DNA of 64,000 nt from Hemiscyllium ocellatum (lineage: Eukaryota), in NCBI RefSeq assembly GCF_020745735.1, contig NC_083428.1:29202001-29266000 (forward strand). Reading direction: 5' to 3'. Under the pieces are notes generated by a model. It was given only the letters and a program-made list of their open reading frames with translations, was not told where the DNA came from and ran no database searches. The translations under genes were made by a program, and so were the position numbers. Positions 63,000-64,000 of this stretch are shown piece by piece. Within the stretch, counting starts at the first letter, position 1. Every line of letters begins with the position of its first letter.

Positions 63000-63694
63000 T
63001 ATTCCTAATTGTTCTTTTGCCCCTAATAAGCTACAAATTAATGCTAATGAAACTTGTATAAGGAAATGGAAACTGGTTAAATTAAAATAGCATCATCTGG
63101 GGTGATGATGCAATCCACCCCTTGTGGTGCCCACCAGTCTCTAATTGCCCCTATTGTGCTGCTGAGGCCAGCATGCTTCTTTTCTAGGGACACCTGATGC
63201 AGTTGTAACCATGAAAGTGCGACCCCCTTTGTGGACTGCTGTCTGGACCTGTTAATGGCCACTATGGCCAGGCCCAGGACCAGACCCACAAGAAGGCACA
63301 ACTTTATTAAGTTTCCTCTCAAATGTCTCTTCACTAAAGGGAGCAATTAGAAAGTAATATGCTGTGGGGAGGGGCAGACAAATCAATGTGCCTTCTTTTG
63401 GGACTGCTCCTGGGCCTGGTCATAGTGGCCATTAACAGGTTCAGACAGCGGGCTACAAAGGGAGTCGTTGTTCTTGACTGTCTGTCACACTTTCATTGTT
63501 ACGGCTGCACTCGGGTGTCCCGAGAAAAGAAGCATGCAGGGCTCACCAGCACAATAGTAGCAGTTAGAGACTAGTGGGCACCTCAAGGGATGGATTGCAT
63601 TATCACCCCAGACGATGCTATTTTAATTTAACCAGTTTCCATTTCCTTTCATTAGCATTAATTTGTATTAAGGGCAAAAGAACAATTAGGAATA
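63000..63694. mobile_element. Fold-back/MITE-like element with ~300-bp imperfect inverted arms
   Basis: 63000-63300 is the reverse complement of 63387-63694 (termini tattcctaattgttcttttgccc / gggcaaaagaacaattaggaata). Confidence 0.7.
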
Positions 63695-63723
63695 GAATAG
63701 AACCCCTTAAATACCAACAATTT

Positions 63724-64000
63724 GGGGCGGCACGGTGGCACAGTGGTTAGCACTGCTGCCTCACAGCGCCAGAGACCTGGGTTCAATTCCTGCCTCAGGC
63801 GACTGACTGTGTGGAGTTTGCACGTTCTCCCCGTGTCTGCGTGGGTTTCCTCCGGGTGCTCCGGTTTCCTCCCACAGTCCAAAGATGTGCGGGTCAGGTG
63901 AATTGGCCATGCTAAATTGCCCGTAGTGTTAGGTAGGGGGTAAATGTAGGGGTATGGGTGGGTTGCGCTTCGGCGGGTCGGTGTGGACTTGTTGGGCCGA
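63724..64000 (+). mobile_element. HE1-type SINE (runs off right edge)
   Basis: Near-consensus young copy. Confidence 0.9.

Noticed and set aside
63077-63574. Two similar hydrophobic ORFs (LCLLVGLVLGLAIVAINR) suggesting small membrane proteins
   Set aside because: They are the two arms of one inverted repeat; no splice or start context supports coding

Overview
Vertebrate genomic DNA, almost certainly from a shark or other elasmobranch (inferred from multiple HE1-type SINEs and HER1/CR1-type LINEs). Genes: (1) the first five coding exons of SPPL2B on the minus strand (16319 down to 175; the gene continues off the left edge); (2) the complete four-exon LSM7 gene on the plus strand (16611-23246), head-to-head with SPPL2B across a ~290-bp GC-rich bidirectional promoter; (3) a chain of splice-bounded, stop-riddled exon-like segments on the minus strand (~29.7-56 kb), read as a decayed gene or lncRNA and possibly driven from a second CpG-rich promoter at ~56.0-56.5 kb (GC boxes, CCAAT, RFX X-box). 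The rest is mostly nested retroelement debris (CR1, L2, Rex1/Babar, HE1 and Deu-type SINEs) and two tRNA relics. The most striking hidden structure is a set of Penelope-like element (PLE) derivatives. At least four sequence-divergent families carry a minimal type-I hammerhead-ribozyme motif (CUGANGA, extra nt, stem II, GAAA, palindromic 4-mer, H) with covarying stems. They occur as ~90/125-nt mini-insertions with 11-15-bp target-site duplications and as fold-back insertions (up to 322-bp arms, ~99% identical) in which only one arm carries a ~35-nt tail. Repeat boundaries were read by eye and are approximate unless a TSD is quoted.
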